A program made the translations under genes and the position numbers. From Octopus vulgaris (lineage: Eukaryota): a stretch of DNA of 64,000 bases. Under the pieces are notes generated by a model that was given only the letters and a program-made list of their open reading frames with translations, was not told the DNA's origin and did no database searches. Each line of letters begins with the position of its first letter. Position 1 is the first letter of the stretch. The stretch spans positions 6,944,001-7,008,000 of the forward strand of contig OX597828.1 of assembly GCA_951406725.2 (NCBI GenBank), given 5' to 3'. Positions 38,837-51,983 of the stretch are shown here, piece by piece.

Positions 38837-39284
38837 AATATATATATATATATATATACCGGAGCTAGACGGACATAGTCTCAGCAATGATCCACGTGAA
38901 CATCAGATGCTTTTCGTTTTCCTTGTCAGCGACGTATACTCGCTAGTCACGTTGCCAAACGAAATTTTTTCTCTTCCGATATATAACAAACAATGAATAA
39001 CACATACGCTGATATTTCGCACAACAGCTGGGCTGAATAAAAACTCGGTGTACGCAATTGAAACAGAAATATATAGAAAATAAAACAAACACTGCATGTC
39101 TATGGGGAGATTTTTTTCTCACTTAGAAATCACAACATCATGCCAGCCAACAGCATATATATGCATTAAGTATGATACATAGATAGTTATATATGCTTAT
39201 ATATATATATATATATAAGCATGTATATGCATTAAGTATGATACATAGATGGTTATATATGCTTATATATATAAATATATGTGA

Positions 39285-39329
<45 letters not shown>

Positions 39330-39576
39330 CATATATATACATCTATACATACCATACGTATAGACACATACACATGCATGTGAGTTTTTGAGTGCGTGTG
39401 TGTATATGTATATATGTATTATGTATTTAACTGTGAATGCTAACACGTATAAAGATATATAATATAAATATACATGTGTGTATATCTATATATATATTAA
39501 CAGTATACATTCACACACACACACACACATATTAGTATATATATTCATGCATACACACAAACATACACACCGCTAC

Positions 39577-39650
<74 letters not shown>

Positions 39651-39698
39651 ATATATGTGTGTGTGTGTGTGTGTGTTTGTGCGTGTGGTTGTAATATG

Positions 39699-39760
<62 letters not shown>

Positions 39761-40118
39761 AATATATGCGTGCACGGATGTTTGTGTATTAGGAATTCAA
39801 AAATTGATATGGATGGAAAAGAAAGTTTAAACACGTGCAAAAAAGAGAAATTTAGAAAAAGAAAAAGAAATGCGATTGTTCTAAAGAGATTAGAAAAATA
39901 TACAAGAGCGAAGGAAAAAAAAACAAAACAAAACAAAAACGTTATATGTGATACAATGAATCATAAATACATGATCCCTTGGGGAGGTGTTTGTCAGTTC
40001 GTTCAACATCCGAAGTAAATATGAAATGATGAGAGCAAGGAAAAAACAAACAGTTCCTGTATTAGCAGTAGCGCTTATATATTTTTGGATATGTTTGTGT
40101 TTGTTTCTTTGTAGTTGC

Positions 40119-40201
<83 letters not shown>

Positions 40202-40503
40202 TGTGTGTGTGTGTGTGTTGGTGGATGGATGTGTTTAGAGAGAGAGAGTGATATTTCTTATACATTTGTTTTGTGTGAAATTTCTAAGTTATTTAACTGT
40301 GATCCATATTTATTATCTAGAGTATTGTCTCGCTTCTTCGTTTTGAAGCTCACTTTTAATTATATTTTGGGCACTTTGTGGTATTATGTTACGGATTTTG
40401 AACAATCGAAATGTGTTGCATCCAACACGTGTGTAATTTTACACATATACACAAATACGCACGCACGCGCGCACACAAACACATGTATATATCGTGTGTA
40501 TAT

Positions 40504-41012
40504 AATAAGGGAAATCAACAATTATCCGCACTTTCGTAGAAACTCTCTGTAGGTTAACCTCACTGCCTTCAGTGCTTGCGTGCTTAAAGGTGGTTCTCTT
40601 GTGGTTACAGAACCGAGGTCTGACCTTGATTGCATCAGTTTTCTTTCTTGTGTTACAGAATAATCATAGCCGTTCCGCTGGTAATGGGCACCAAGGAAGA
40701 TCAGAGATGAGTGATACGATTTCCCTGGTCTGAAAGTGTGTCTGGGGCTGAAGTTCATCGCAAGTTTTCAGTACGATACAGGGACAGCGCTCTACAGCTT
40801 ACAAGTATGTATGAGTGGATCGAAAAGTTTTAAATGGCCGGACAAGCATAAAGCATGAAGAGGGAGCAGAAACTTTATCAACATCAACCGCTGGCGTGAA
40901 GATTCAACAAGGTCAAGAGATGGTTCTGATTAACCGACAAGTGACCGTTGTGGAGGTATCATATTCTCTGCAAATTAATCATGGTTCTGTATACGAAATG
41001 ATCCATGGCAAC
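40504..41012 (+). mobile_element. Mariner 5' fragment
   Basis: TKEDQR.VIRF.WSE..GAEVHRK..YEWI..NGRTSIKHEEG..STST..NRQVTV.EV..LQINHGSVYEMIH. Confidence 0.8.
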
Positions 41013-41016
41013 TGAG

Positions 41017-41315
41017 CTGTTGTTGCTTGTTCCTTTTCGAGCCATGCCTGGCTCATAAGGGCCGGTTTCCCGGTTTCCTTGGCGTATAGGTTCCCCATCT
41101 GCACGGGACGCCGGTCCGTCGCAGGTGAGCTGCAAGATGCAGGAGGAAAAAGTGAGAGAAAATTGTGGCGAAAGATTCAGCAGAAGTTCGCCATTACCTT
41201 CTGCCGAAGCTGCGTGGTGTTTCGCTCATAAACACACACATCGTCCGGTCTGAGATACGAACCCGCGATCCCTCGACCGCGAGTCCGCTGCTCTAACCAC
41301 TAGGCCATGTGCCTC
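41017..41315 (-). mobile_element. SINE family C
   Basis: Homologous to 29053-29363. Confidence 0.9.
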
Positions 41316-42113
41316 TATTAGGCCATGTTCCTCCTCTAGTGGATTAATCATTAAGCAAAATAAGCATTAATTTAGGGCATCAAGAGAAGAGGGCACCACA
41401 GAAATGGTAAATGGTTTATTGAACAAAAGAAATAACTTTAAACTTGCTAAAATAATATTCGAGATACGTTAACGCTACTAAGTGTACAAGCAAATATGTT
41501 ACGTAAGATTAACGTTGAGGTAATGATCAAATACTTTGCAATGAAAAAAGTAGGAGAAAATGTTTCAAATGTAGAGACGGACAGGGCACAGTGAGTAACA
41601 TTTACTGCATTTTTGACTGAGAGAAAAGTATTTTTGGCAAATATTTTTACTACATTACGAAAACTGTATCAGCTAAACAAATTACCTTCTTTAAATACAG
41701 TAAAAACACTATTTCAGAAAATTAAATCCGTTCTCTTTCAGTATGCAAAAGATTAATTTGATGAGTCAAGACGAGTCCGACAAAATAAGATAAACCTGCC
41801 TCTTCCTTTCCTCAGAATTACAATTAAAAAAAAGACTAACACACGTCGATATCCAAACTTAGACATCAGACAATTAAGAAAAAAAATCCAACAAAAATGT
41901 GAAATATCTTGGGCAAAAGGATACATACCAATCCGTCTGGAGCAGAGTATCGCTTAAGTTATACACTACAAATGATTGTGATATCTAGGACTATAAAAAT
42001 CTGCAGGGCCTTAAGATTTGAAGGATGATCGTTAAATCAAAACGTTTTCCTTCACAACCTTGCTACCAAATGGGTGGTCAATCAAAATTTACTCAAATTA
42101 AAAAGAGAAAGAG

Positions 42114-42172
<59 letters not shown>

Positions 42173-42328
42173 ATAAATACATGCATGGATACATACCTAT
42201 ACACATACATACACACATACATTACATACATAAACATCTTGAGTCTTGTTTTCTGTGAGGCTATAAAAGACCGACAATTCTCACTTCTATTGAGGTACCA
42301 GCACCAATCTAATTTAATCTGACCTGAC

Positions 42329-42402
42329 CTGATTTGATGTGGTCTGGTGTAGTTTCGATCTGATCTCGATCGTTGAAGTTACACCAGGTCAGATGACATC
42401 AG
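42329..42402 (+). ncRNA. Candidate microRNA precursor hairpin
   Basis: 17 contiguous pairs including 4 G-U (42340-42356 / 42375-42391), 11-nt symmetric lower stem, short apical stem-loop; not matched to a miRNA family I recognise. Confidence 0.5.
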
Positions 42403-42559
42403 AGGATTGAAATCGGTTATTTTCGTTTTTTTAACTCTCTCCGGGTAGAGACTGGATCTCCTTTTTGTACAATAGCTTCTAACTGAAGCCACACCTTTTA
42501 ACATCTCCTTATTATGGGATTAAACAGTCTTTACTTTCCTTGTAATAAGTAAGCAAGTT

Positions 42560-43108
42560 TGCATGGCCTAGTGGTTGGGATGTTGCACTCTCAATCGAGA
42601 GATCGTGGTCTCAATTCCTGGGGTGGTACATCGTATTCTTGAACAAAATATTTCATCTCAAGTTGCTCTGCGATCACTTCAGCATCTCAGGTACTATGTA
42701 CCGTGTGTATGTTCAGGCAACGTTGATTTGATGCAAGGAGTGAACTAATGTACTGGACAAACATTTCATCACTAGAAACAAATCATTTGTGCAGATTATT
42801 AAGCAAGAAATTTCAGGACAATCATAAGAGCCGGTTTCCCGGTTTTCTTGGCGTATAGGTTCCCCATCTGGATGGGATGCCTGTTCGTCGCAGGTGAACT
42901 GCAAGATATAGGAGGAAAAAGTGAGCGTCACAGGTGAGAGAAATTTGTGGCGAAAGAGTCAGCAGAAGTTCGCCATTACCTTCTGCAGGAGCCGTGTGGA
43001 CCTTAGGTGTTGCACTCATAAAAACACACATCGTCCGGTCTGAGATTCGAACCCACGATCGTTCGACCGTGAGTCCGCTGCTCTAACCACTAGGCCATGT
43101 GCCTTCGC
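42560..43108. mobile_element. SINE D-like variant (+, 42560-42800) followed by SINE family C (-, 42822-43108)
   Basis: First part homologous to 51756-51982; second to the family C copies. Confidence 0.75.
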
Positions 43109-43144
43109 TCTATAAATGTAGTTATTCATACAGTATAAAGTAAA

Positions 43145-43527
43145 TTACAAGAAGTTGACTGTAGCGATGTTGTTTGTGATTATGTTTAAACCAAACTCTT
43201 TGATGATTCCAATGAAGCTCCTAAATTTATTCATTGCATGGTCTTTCATATAACTCAAATTTCCTACGCCATCGTGTCTGTACAAACTAAAGATGCGGTG
43301 CGGGTTCCTGCACATTTTCAGGATGCCCAAGAGAAAATGATCTTCGGCCGCCACTGGAGTCGTCGAACAATGAGTAACCTGTTTTTGTTTTGTTAGTTTG
43401 TTTGTGATATAAGAGAGAATTTTTGGCATTCATAACAATTTTAATTCCGATGTCGGTAATCCTGATAAATTTCTTTGCTAAGTCTACGGCTCACGAGAAG
43501 CAGGGTTTGGAAATGGAAATATGGTAC
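43145..43527 (-). pseudogene. Penelope-like element reverse transcriptase fragment
   Basis: Frameshifted translation AVDLAKKFIRITDIGIKIVMNAKNSLLY..KTGYSLFD / FLLGILK..SLYRHDGVG..IKEFGLNII.NNIATVNFL, matching the PLE RT pattern ARKSLLF..FDV.MG..LYRDDGL..GL.I..VNFLD. Confidence 0.75.
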
Positions 43528-43537
43528 AGGATCTCTA

Positions 43538-43893
43538 TCACGTGGCTTAGTTGTTGGGGTGTCAGCATCATGATCGTAAGATTGTGGCTCCGATTCGTAG
43601 ACCGTTGTGTTCTTGAGCAAATCACTTCATTTCACGTTACTAGCAAAAATTAGCAACGCTGCGATGGACTGGCGTCCCGTCCAGCTGGGGAACACATACG
43701 CCACTGAAACCGGGAAACCGGGCCCATGAGCCTGGCTAGGCTTTAAAAGGGCGCATTTATTTATTTATTTTATTATATATATATATTGTGTGTATACATA
43801 TATACATATATACACACATAGATACATACATATAAACATACATACATACATACATACACACATGCATACATACATACATACATACATACATAC

Positions 43894-43924
<31 letters not shown>

Positions 43925-44275
43925 CATACATACATACATACATACATACATACATACATACATGCATATATATATATATATATATATATATGAAGTGAAG
44001 ACGCATGGATCGGTGGTTAGAGCGTCGAGCTTACGATCATAAGGTTGTGAGTTCGGGTTGCGTGTTGCTCCAGTTAACTGTAGAAATGAGCTGCCAAGCT
44101 GTATCGGCCTTTGCCTTCCTTTCCCTTGGATAACATCAGTGGTGTGGAGAGGAGAGGCTGGTATGCATGGGCGACTGCTGGCCTTCCACAAACAACTTTG
44201 CCCGGACTTGTGCGTCGGAGGGTAACTTTCTAGGTGCAACCCCATGGTCATTCATGACCGAAGTGGGGTCTCCTT
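43538..44275 (+). mobile_element. Two SINE D-type heads with different tails (43538-43757, 43995-44275)
   Basis: GTGGCTTAGT.GTT / GCATGGATCGGTGGTTAGAG heads; the first carries a family C-like CTGCGATGGACTGGCGTCCCGTCCAG tail. Confidence 0.65.
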
Positions 44276-44422
44276 TATAAATATAAAAACCAGAAATTAC
44301 TCTGATGAAAGTAACATTAATTTTTGAGGTTGTTCAATTTTTCTCAACCAATCAATGGATTGATTGAGTAAACCTATCTATAACGAACCTACGAAAGAAA
44401 AATATGTAATGACCATTATCTA

Positions 44423-44700
44423 TACATTATTATTTACGGATATTTGTCCTCATCTTGTTCGTTGTTAACACAACGTTTCGGCTGATATACCTTCCAGCCT
44501 TCATCAGGTGTCTTGGGGAAATTTTGAACCTAGGTTCTCATTCCTAAGGTTCGAAATTTTCCCCAAAACACCTGATGAAGGCTGGAAGGTATATCAGCCG
44601 AAACGCTGTGTTAACAACAAACTAGAAGAAGACAAATATCCGTCAAATGTAAATAATGTAAATAAAGTACATAAATCCTCATCTCTTAAATATAGAACTG
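44423..44700. mobile_element. Inverted pair of Penelope-type terminal repeats, each with a hammerhead motif
   Basis: ~110-bp arms around an 8-nt spacer; ACAC-CUGAUGA-A-GGCUG(GAAGGUAUAU)CAGCC-GAAA-CG-U-U-GUGU on - (44512-44467) and a U16.1>C copy on + (44567-44612). Confidence 0.85.
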
Positions 44701-44762
44701 GACCATTATTTATGGCTTGTCTTTTATATATATATATATATATATATACATACATACATAAC

Positions 44763-44794
<32 letters not shown>

Positions 44795-45711
44795 CCCTAC
44801 ATAAACGTGTGTGTGTGTGTGTGCGTGCGTGTGCGTGTGGAGGGACGCATATATGTATATAAACTTGAATATATGTGTGTGTGACCATGAAACAAGCAGA
44901 CAGAATAGATGACAAACGCATCAAAGAAACTATTCGATCAACCAACTTCTATACCAACATCAATAAACTGAGTCTTCAGTGCTGAGACGAGACTTCTATA
45001 GCTATTGGTATGAACAGGCTCTATGATTTCAACACTGACACCTCAAACGAATTAAAGTTAGATAGTGGCAGCTGATCAGGAAAAGAGAGCTTATCATTTC
45101 AAACATGTTGTAAACATGTTGATTTAAAACTTTCTACATAATTTGAGCGAGTACAAAGAATATAGCAATATTAAAATTCCATCCACTCTGAGAAGGAATA
45201 TGAAAAAAAAAGCCGAAATCACCATCCAACACACATTTGAAATACTTCAAAATATAGAATTATAACAAAAGATATTTTAAAGCTTAATCTAATCCAAAGA
45301 TTAACAAACTTATTTTAGTCCACCACCTTTGCCCTTTATCTCATCCCTTGCTCTCTCTAGCTAAATAGCATTCCTCGTGAGTGGACTTCTGCATGATTGC
45401 TTGACTTGCCAGAAATAGCTGCTAAATACCCTTCAAATCGCACTTTGTTGTATTGGAAAAGAAGTACATATTGAAGTGAGTGGTTCTCGGTTCACTGTGA
45501 CTGACAAAAACTGGGTTGCCTTGATTAGCATGTCTTTGATCATAGAACCACTCAGTCATGCATGACATGGGGTTACAAGAAAACCGCTCGGCAAAGCTCA
45601 CAGGCACAAGACTATAACATATGATAACACGATCAACAACGGAATGTAACCGCAAATCACGACCAGCCGTCTTATGACAAAATGCGACACATTATTTAAT
45701 GTAAGTCTGTA

Positions 45712-46125
45712 TAGGCGCAGGCGCGACTGTGTGGTAAGAAGCTTGCTTCTCAACCACATAGTTCCAGGTTCGTTCCCACTGCGTGGCAACTTGGACAAGT
45801 GTCTTCTAGTATAGTCTCGGGCCGACCAAAGTCGTGTGAGTGGATTTCAGAGACGGAGATTGAAAGAAGCCCGTCGTATATATCTATGTCCGTGTGTATG
45901 CGGGTGTGTGTCTGTTTCTCTTTGTCCCCCACCTACGCTTGACAACTGGTGCCGGTGTGTTTACGTCTCCGTGACCTAGCGGTTCAGCAAAAGAGTCCAA
46001 TAGAATAAAAGTGCAAGCTTAAAAAAGAAAATAACTAGTGAGTCTGATTCATTCGACTAAAATATTTCTCCAAGGCGGTGCCCCAGCATGGCCGCAGTTT
46101 TAAAAAACTGAAACAAGTAAAAGAT
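45712..46125 (+). mobile_element. SINE family A
   Basis: Head to tail present. Confidence 0.88.
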
Positions 46126-46525
46126 GAACGATATGCTGTAAAGATGTAGTGACTATTGTTGAAATGCCTTTTATCGTAGGTTTGGTGGATGAGTGATGAC
46201 CTAGGGTTAAATAAGAACAGCAACATATGTTAACACGGTAAATCTTCAAAGGAGTAACAACAAACCCATCACTCCCTAGGGAAGCTACTTTCATTAATAT
46301 AACTCATTTAAACATTTCTAGACCACTCCTAAGAGGGGGTCAGTCGTGCCATTTTAGGAACCTTTGGTCTAAGGAGATTCTCTACACATAAATTATTTAG
46401 TCATACATAACTAACGTAAACATTACTATTTTCCATAAATGGAGCTTCGGTCGCGTGTCTTTCCGTATGAATAAGAGCTTTCATAAGTTTATGTAAACAT
46501 GCGTGTGTTTCTTTCAATGAGTTGT

Positions 46526-46725
46526 GCGAGGGGTTACAGAAAAGTTCCTTGCTTTGGGTAAAAGAAAATACAGGAGGATCAGTTAATTATGATTTTATTC
46601 AACATATTCCCTCGCAGATTCACACACTTATTACAGCGGTCCTTCAGTTTTTCGTAGCCTTGTAAAAGAACTCAGAAGGTTGGGTCTCCAACCAGATCTT
46701 TCGCGACACCCTTAAAGCCAGGAAC
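46526..46725. mobile_element. Mariner-derived MITE
   Basis: CGAGGGGTTACAGAAAAGTTCCTTGCTTT start, partial inverted AAAGCCAGGAAC end, minus-strand EYVE* remnant. Confidence 0.65.
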
Positions 46726-46837
46726 CTCAAAAGTGTGTTTATGTATGGCTATGGTGTAGAAGATAGCGAATGGATGTATCGATTTTATATATTGGCTTTA
46801 GATGAGGTGACTAGAATGTAAGTACTTAATGAACAGA

Positions 46838-47170
46838 ATAGGCGCATGAGTGGCTGTGTAGTAAGTAGCTTGTTTACCAACCACACGGTTCCGGGTTCAG
46901 TCTCACAGCGTGGCACCTTGGGCAAGTGTCTTCTACTATAGCCTCGGGCCGACCAAAGCCTTGTGAGTGGATTTGGTAGACGGAAACTGAAAGAAGCCCG
47001 TCTCGTTGCTTGAAAACCGATGCTGGTGTGTTTATGTCCCCGTCATTTAGCGGTTCGGCAAAAGAGACCGATAGAATAAGTACTGGGCTTACAAAGAATA
47101 AGTCCCGGGGTCGAGTTGCTCAATTAAAGGCGGTGCTCCAGCATGGCCGCAGTCAAAATGACTGAAACAG
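46838..47170 (+). mobile_element. SINE family A lacking the internal microsatellite
   Basis: AAGCCCGTC joined directly to GCTTGAAAACCGATGCTGG. Confidence 0.9.
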
Positions 47171-47243
47171 AGAAAAAAAAGAGAGAATCCTCAAAATTCC
47201 TTATATTACCAGTCGTTGCTATTTCACTCTATTTTTTACTCTA

Positions 47244-47550
47244 TGTGGAGGCACATGGCCTAGTGGTTAGAGCAGCGGACTCGCGGTCGAGGGATCGCGG
47301 GTTCGAATCTCAAACCGGACGATGTGTGTGTTTATGAGTGAAACACCTAAACTCCACGCGGCTCCGACAGAAGGTAATGGCGAAGCTTCTGCTGACTCTT
47401 TCGCCACAACTTTCCCTCATTCTTTCCTCCTGCGTCTTGCCGCTCACCTGCAATGGGCCGGCGTCCCGTCCAGGTTGGGAACCTATACGCCAAGAAACCG
47501 GGAAACCGGCCCTTATGAGCCAGGCACGGCTCGAGAAGGAACAAACAACA
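47244..47550 (+). mobile_element. SINE family C
   Basis: Full length; TTT(T/C)ACTCTAT flanking duplication. Confidence 0.92.
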
Positions 47551-47608
47551 TTTCACTCTATCTGTCTGACTAATTTCTGAACAAAATGCATTCAGTGACT
47601 ATCTTAAC

Positions 47609-47911
47609 CAGCGGTTCTCAACCATTTTTTATCTATGAACCCCTTAGATTACTATTTTATTCTGGTGGACCTTTATCGCCATTTGATATTTAAAAACTAG
47701 TTTTAGAGATACTTCCTTCAAAATTCCTTGTCGAGTAAAACTATGCAAAACTTTCGAGAAAGAAACCTAGCTGTTTCTTGCTATAAATACATCTGAAGCT
47801 AAAATTTTTCGTGGACCCTTAATATACCATTAAGTTCCCAATTTACTATTTTGCTCGCGTGGACCCACGTGAAACCCTAGGGTTCATATGGACCCCGGTT
47901 AAGAACCATTA
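47609..47911. mobile_element. hAT/Charlie-type MITE
   Basis: CAGCGGTTCTCAACC / GGTTAAGAACCATT termini; degenerate 8-bp TSD ATCTTAAC/GTCTAAAC; related partial copy at 56122-56255. Confidence 0.75.
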
Positions 47912-48624
47912 GTCTAAACCAATTCAGAAATAAATAAATACCATTCAAATCTTAAAATTTAGAATATAAAATGATGCTTTTCTCTGTCTCTCACACACAA
48001 GCAACAAATAAAAAGGGCCACTGGCAATGTGTTTGTAGGAATAAACGATCTACCAAACCGTCTGGAAACTAGTTCCTATGGATCTTTCCGCTGATGGATC
48101 TAATGTAATAAAAAAAAACATAAACACTTCGTATTGTGAATAACTGGGGAGATGCTAACGGTCTCGATCTGCGAGATGAACATATTTACAAAAACAAGTT
48201 AAAACTCAACATAACATGCACTAAATATAGTGATAAAATTGATAGCTAAATTAACGAAAATACACCTAACGTTTGTTTAATTCGACAGACTTTCCCGTTG
48301 AATAGTTATGCACATGCAGTAAAGTTGTAACAGAACCTTTTTTAAAAAAAAAACAATGTTGCTCGCCTTGATTTCAGTACTATTAGCGTACAACCTATAC
48401 TTCCGCAGACGAAACTTTCATACAGATTATATACGAATGCTTTTCTATTAATGACATTTCACATAGACGCTCGTGCCTTTGTAAATGAAAGTGCTCTACA
48501 CTCTAATCTAATTTATAAACATTATATATAATGGATAAAAACATCCTATCTAAAACTTCAGAAAGGGAGTGTATAAATAATAGACAAATGAATAAATATT
48601 TTGCAGATGTTACGGGTTCAGATG

Positions 48625-48710
48625 TTGGACAAGTGCCTTCTAGTATAGCCACGGGCCGACCAAATCTTTGTGAGTGGATTTGGTAGACGGAAAGTGAAAG
48701 AAGCCCGTTG

Positions 48711-48759
<49 letters not shown>

Positions 48760-48912
48760 TATGTTTGTGTGTCTGTGTTTGTCCTCGCAACATCGCTTGA
48801 CAACTGATAGAACAAGTACTAGGCTTACAAAGAATAAGTCTTGGGGTCAATTTGCTCGACTAAAAGCGGTGCTCCAGCATGGCCACAGTCAAATGACTGA
48901 AACAAGTAAAGA
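48625..48912 (+). mobile_element. SINE family A, 5' truncated
   Basis: Body and tail present. Confidence 0.85.
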
Positions 48913-49094
48913 GTATATATCGAAAATATTTCTTCGGTCACACTCTAGAATAGAGCTCGATTAAACAAAACATTTCATATGATAATAATATAGAGGTAGT
49001 GATGTTGTTATCGGTGTTGTTGTTGTTGTTGTTGTTGTTGTTGTGGTGGTGGTGGTGGTGGTGGTGCTGCTGCTGCTGTTGCTGTTGCTGCTAC

Positions 49095-49445
49095 TGTTGA
49101 GCCTCTGTAGTGGGAGAAGTCCGAAACATGGTCCTTTGTTATTCGTAAGACCCGCAGAAGAGAAAGCAGGTCAACCCCCGACACTGAGAGCATCGACAGA
49201 TGGATGAATGCGCATCCAGGCTCAGCGGTTGCGTAGGAAGTCGGGGCCAAGAAGCAGGAAGAAAGAGTGAGAGAAAGTTGGGGTGAAAGAGTACAACAGG
49301 GGTCGCCACCAACCCCTGCCGGAGCCTCGTAGAGCTTTAGTTGTTTTCGCTCAATAAACACACACAACGCCCGGTCTGGGGATCGACACCACGATCCTCC
49401 AACCGCGAGTCCGCTGCCCTAACCATTGGGTCATTGCGCTCCCAC
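49095..49445 (-). mobile_element. SINE family C head with a third tail type
   Basis: Shares head and body with 27124-27300, then a unique tail ending in (CAG/CAA)n. Confidence 0.8.
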
Positions 49446-49527
49446 TTGCTGCTGCTGTTGGTATTATTGTTTTCACTGACTCTGATTCACTCTATATGTT
49501 GTTAAAAAAGTTATTGATCAATCGTTA

Positions 49528-49697
49528 ATAGGCGTAGGAGTGGCTGCGTGGTAAGTGGCTTGCTTACGAACCACATGGTTCCGGGTTCAGTCCCACTTCG
49601 TGGCACCTTGGACAATTGTCTTCTACTATAGCCTCGGCCTGACCAAAGCCTTGTGAGTGGATATGGTAGACGGAAACTGAAAGAAGCCTGTCGTATA

Positions 49698-49768
<71 letters not shown>

Positions 49769-49995
49769 ATGTGTGTGTATATGTTTGTGTGTCTGTGTTT
49801 GTCCCCCCAACATCGCTTGACAACCGATGCTGGTGTGTTTACGTTCCCGTAACTTAGCGGTTCGGCAAAAGAGACCGATAGAATAAGTACTAGGCTTACA
49901 AAGAATAAGCCCTGGGGTCGATTTGCTCGACTAAAGGCGGTGCTCCAGCATGGCCACAGCCAAATGGCTGAAGCAAATAAGAAAAAAAAAGAGTA
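49528..49995 (+). mobile_element. SINE family A, full length
   Basis: Head to tail present. Confidence 0.92.
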
Positions 49996-50092
49996 AAATA
50001 AGACTAAAACATTGACCAAGTTTTATACACCAACACAACTCCAAGAATCTTTCATTATAGTTATTATGTGCCTATGGAAGGTATTCTTATTA

Positions 50093-50310
50093 TGAAGGCG
50101 GTGAATCGTTATGAATCGTTAGCGCAGAGAGCAAAATGCTCAGCCGCGTTTCGTCCGTCTTTACATTCTAAGTTCAAATGCGAACGGGGTCGACTTTGTC
50201 TTCCATGCTTTTAGAATCGATAGAATAAATACCAGTAGAGTACTGAGGTCGATGTAATCGACTTTTCCTTCCCTCGAAATTGCTGGTCCTGTGCCAAAAT
50301 TTGAACGTAG
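50093..50310 (+). mobile_element. SINE family N, diverged
   Basis: Homologous to 16863-17080. Confidence 0.75.
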
Positions 50311-51391
50311 TCGGGAAGCAATCTTCTCACCAGGCAGCCATTATCATTATTATCATCCAAGCCTTGTGCCTATAGTAAAATCAATTATCATTATTACTGT
50401 TATTTATTATTGTTGTTGTCGGTTTTATTTTTCTGTTATGAATAATGGAAACAACATTTTCTTTTATCTAAAATATCTTTTGTTATAATTGAAAAAAAAA
50501 AATTATGTTTACGTAAAATATTAATTCGGTTTACCGTTTGACAGCATAAAGCGGAATCGAGAGTAAACTGGAGCCGTGCGTCATGGGAGAACATTCGTCG
50601 AACCGAGACGAATGAAGAGTAAATCCTTGATGTCTCTTGGTGGTGCATGTGCGAAGATCTGAGGCTGGAGAACGCACTAATCTCGTTATGTCCGCTGCAC
50701 ACTCCTCTACTGTTCGAACCATTAATGTTGCTGCCTCTACTTTTGCTTCCGTTACCCCGACGCCACCCCCTGTGCGTATCCATTGTGTTTATTCACCTCT
50801 CCATTTGCTGGCTTCCGTCGCTGGCCACATTTGGTCCCCTAACTACGCGACGTTAGTATCCCGCCATGTCACAGTCTACAGTAGAATGCCCGTCAGTTAA
50901 ACGCTTCTAGTGAATTATATGATCACTTATTGTTATTACTGTTGTTGTTGTTGTTGTCGTTATTGTTGTTGTTGTTGTTATTGTGATTATTGCTGTTTGT
51001 TTAGCACCGGGACAAAAAGTTAACGAGCAGGGCAATGATTAAAGGCTTTCAAATCAATTTCTTAGAAGCATCTTTGATTACATTCCTTGATGTTTCCTTT
51101 CAAATTTTTAAAATTATAAAGTGAGATTTGTGCGAGATTTGAGTTTCTTTTTGTTTTTAACAGGTCGACCGACTACAGAGTGGTCCCATCATTTAGATTC
51201 TATTAGCGCCCTTGCAGAACCATATATACGGCACATTGTTTGAAAACTGTACAAGAAATGCTTTTTGATTTGAAATATATTATGCATAATCGTTGGAAAT
51301 ATAACTATTATGTATACTATGTACATACACAACACACACACACGGACACATACACGAACACACACACACACTACGCGCACATATATATATG

Positions 51392-51462
<71 letters not shown>

Positions 51463-51983
51463 GTTTGTAAGTATGCATATGATGTTCCTTCTTTTTATTT
51501 TTCAAACAACGAATGAAAAGGCCAGAAAAACACTACCCATTCAATAAGCACTAAACGCAAAATAATGTGTAAACACAAGCAATGCACCACACATACACCA
51601 AAGTATATAAATACACAAGAAATGCTGTGTTATAACAGTTCTCGCCTGAAGATCGCAGTAGCAAGAAACTCGAATAGCAAGTCAAACTTTTGGGTTTGAT
51701 AATACTACACTCTCCCCCCACGCACACACGCACATACATACACATGCACATACACATGGCCTAATACTTAGGGTGTTCCACTCATGGTTTAGCGGTCCTG
51801 ATTTCAGTTCCTAGAGTGGGTGGTGTGTTGTGTTTTGGGGCAAAACACTTCATCTGGCGTGCTCTGCTATCACTTCGATATTTAACGCATAGTACACCGG
51901 GCAGCGGTCAGACAGCGTCGATTTGATGGAGAGACTAGGCTAATGTGCGGCAAGAACATTTAATCACTATAAACAAATCATTG

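Noticed and set aside
39152-39272. ~58-bp tandem duplication
   Set aside because: AT-rich slippage product within microsatellite, with no structure or motif
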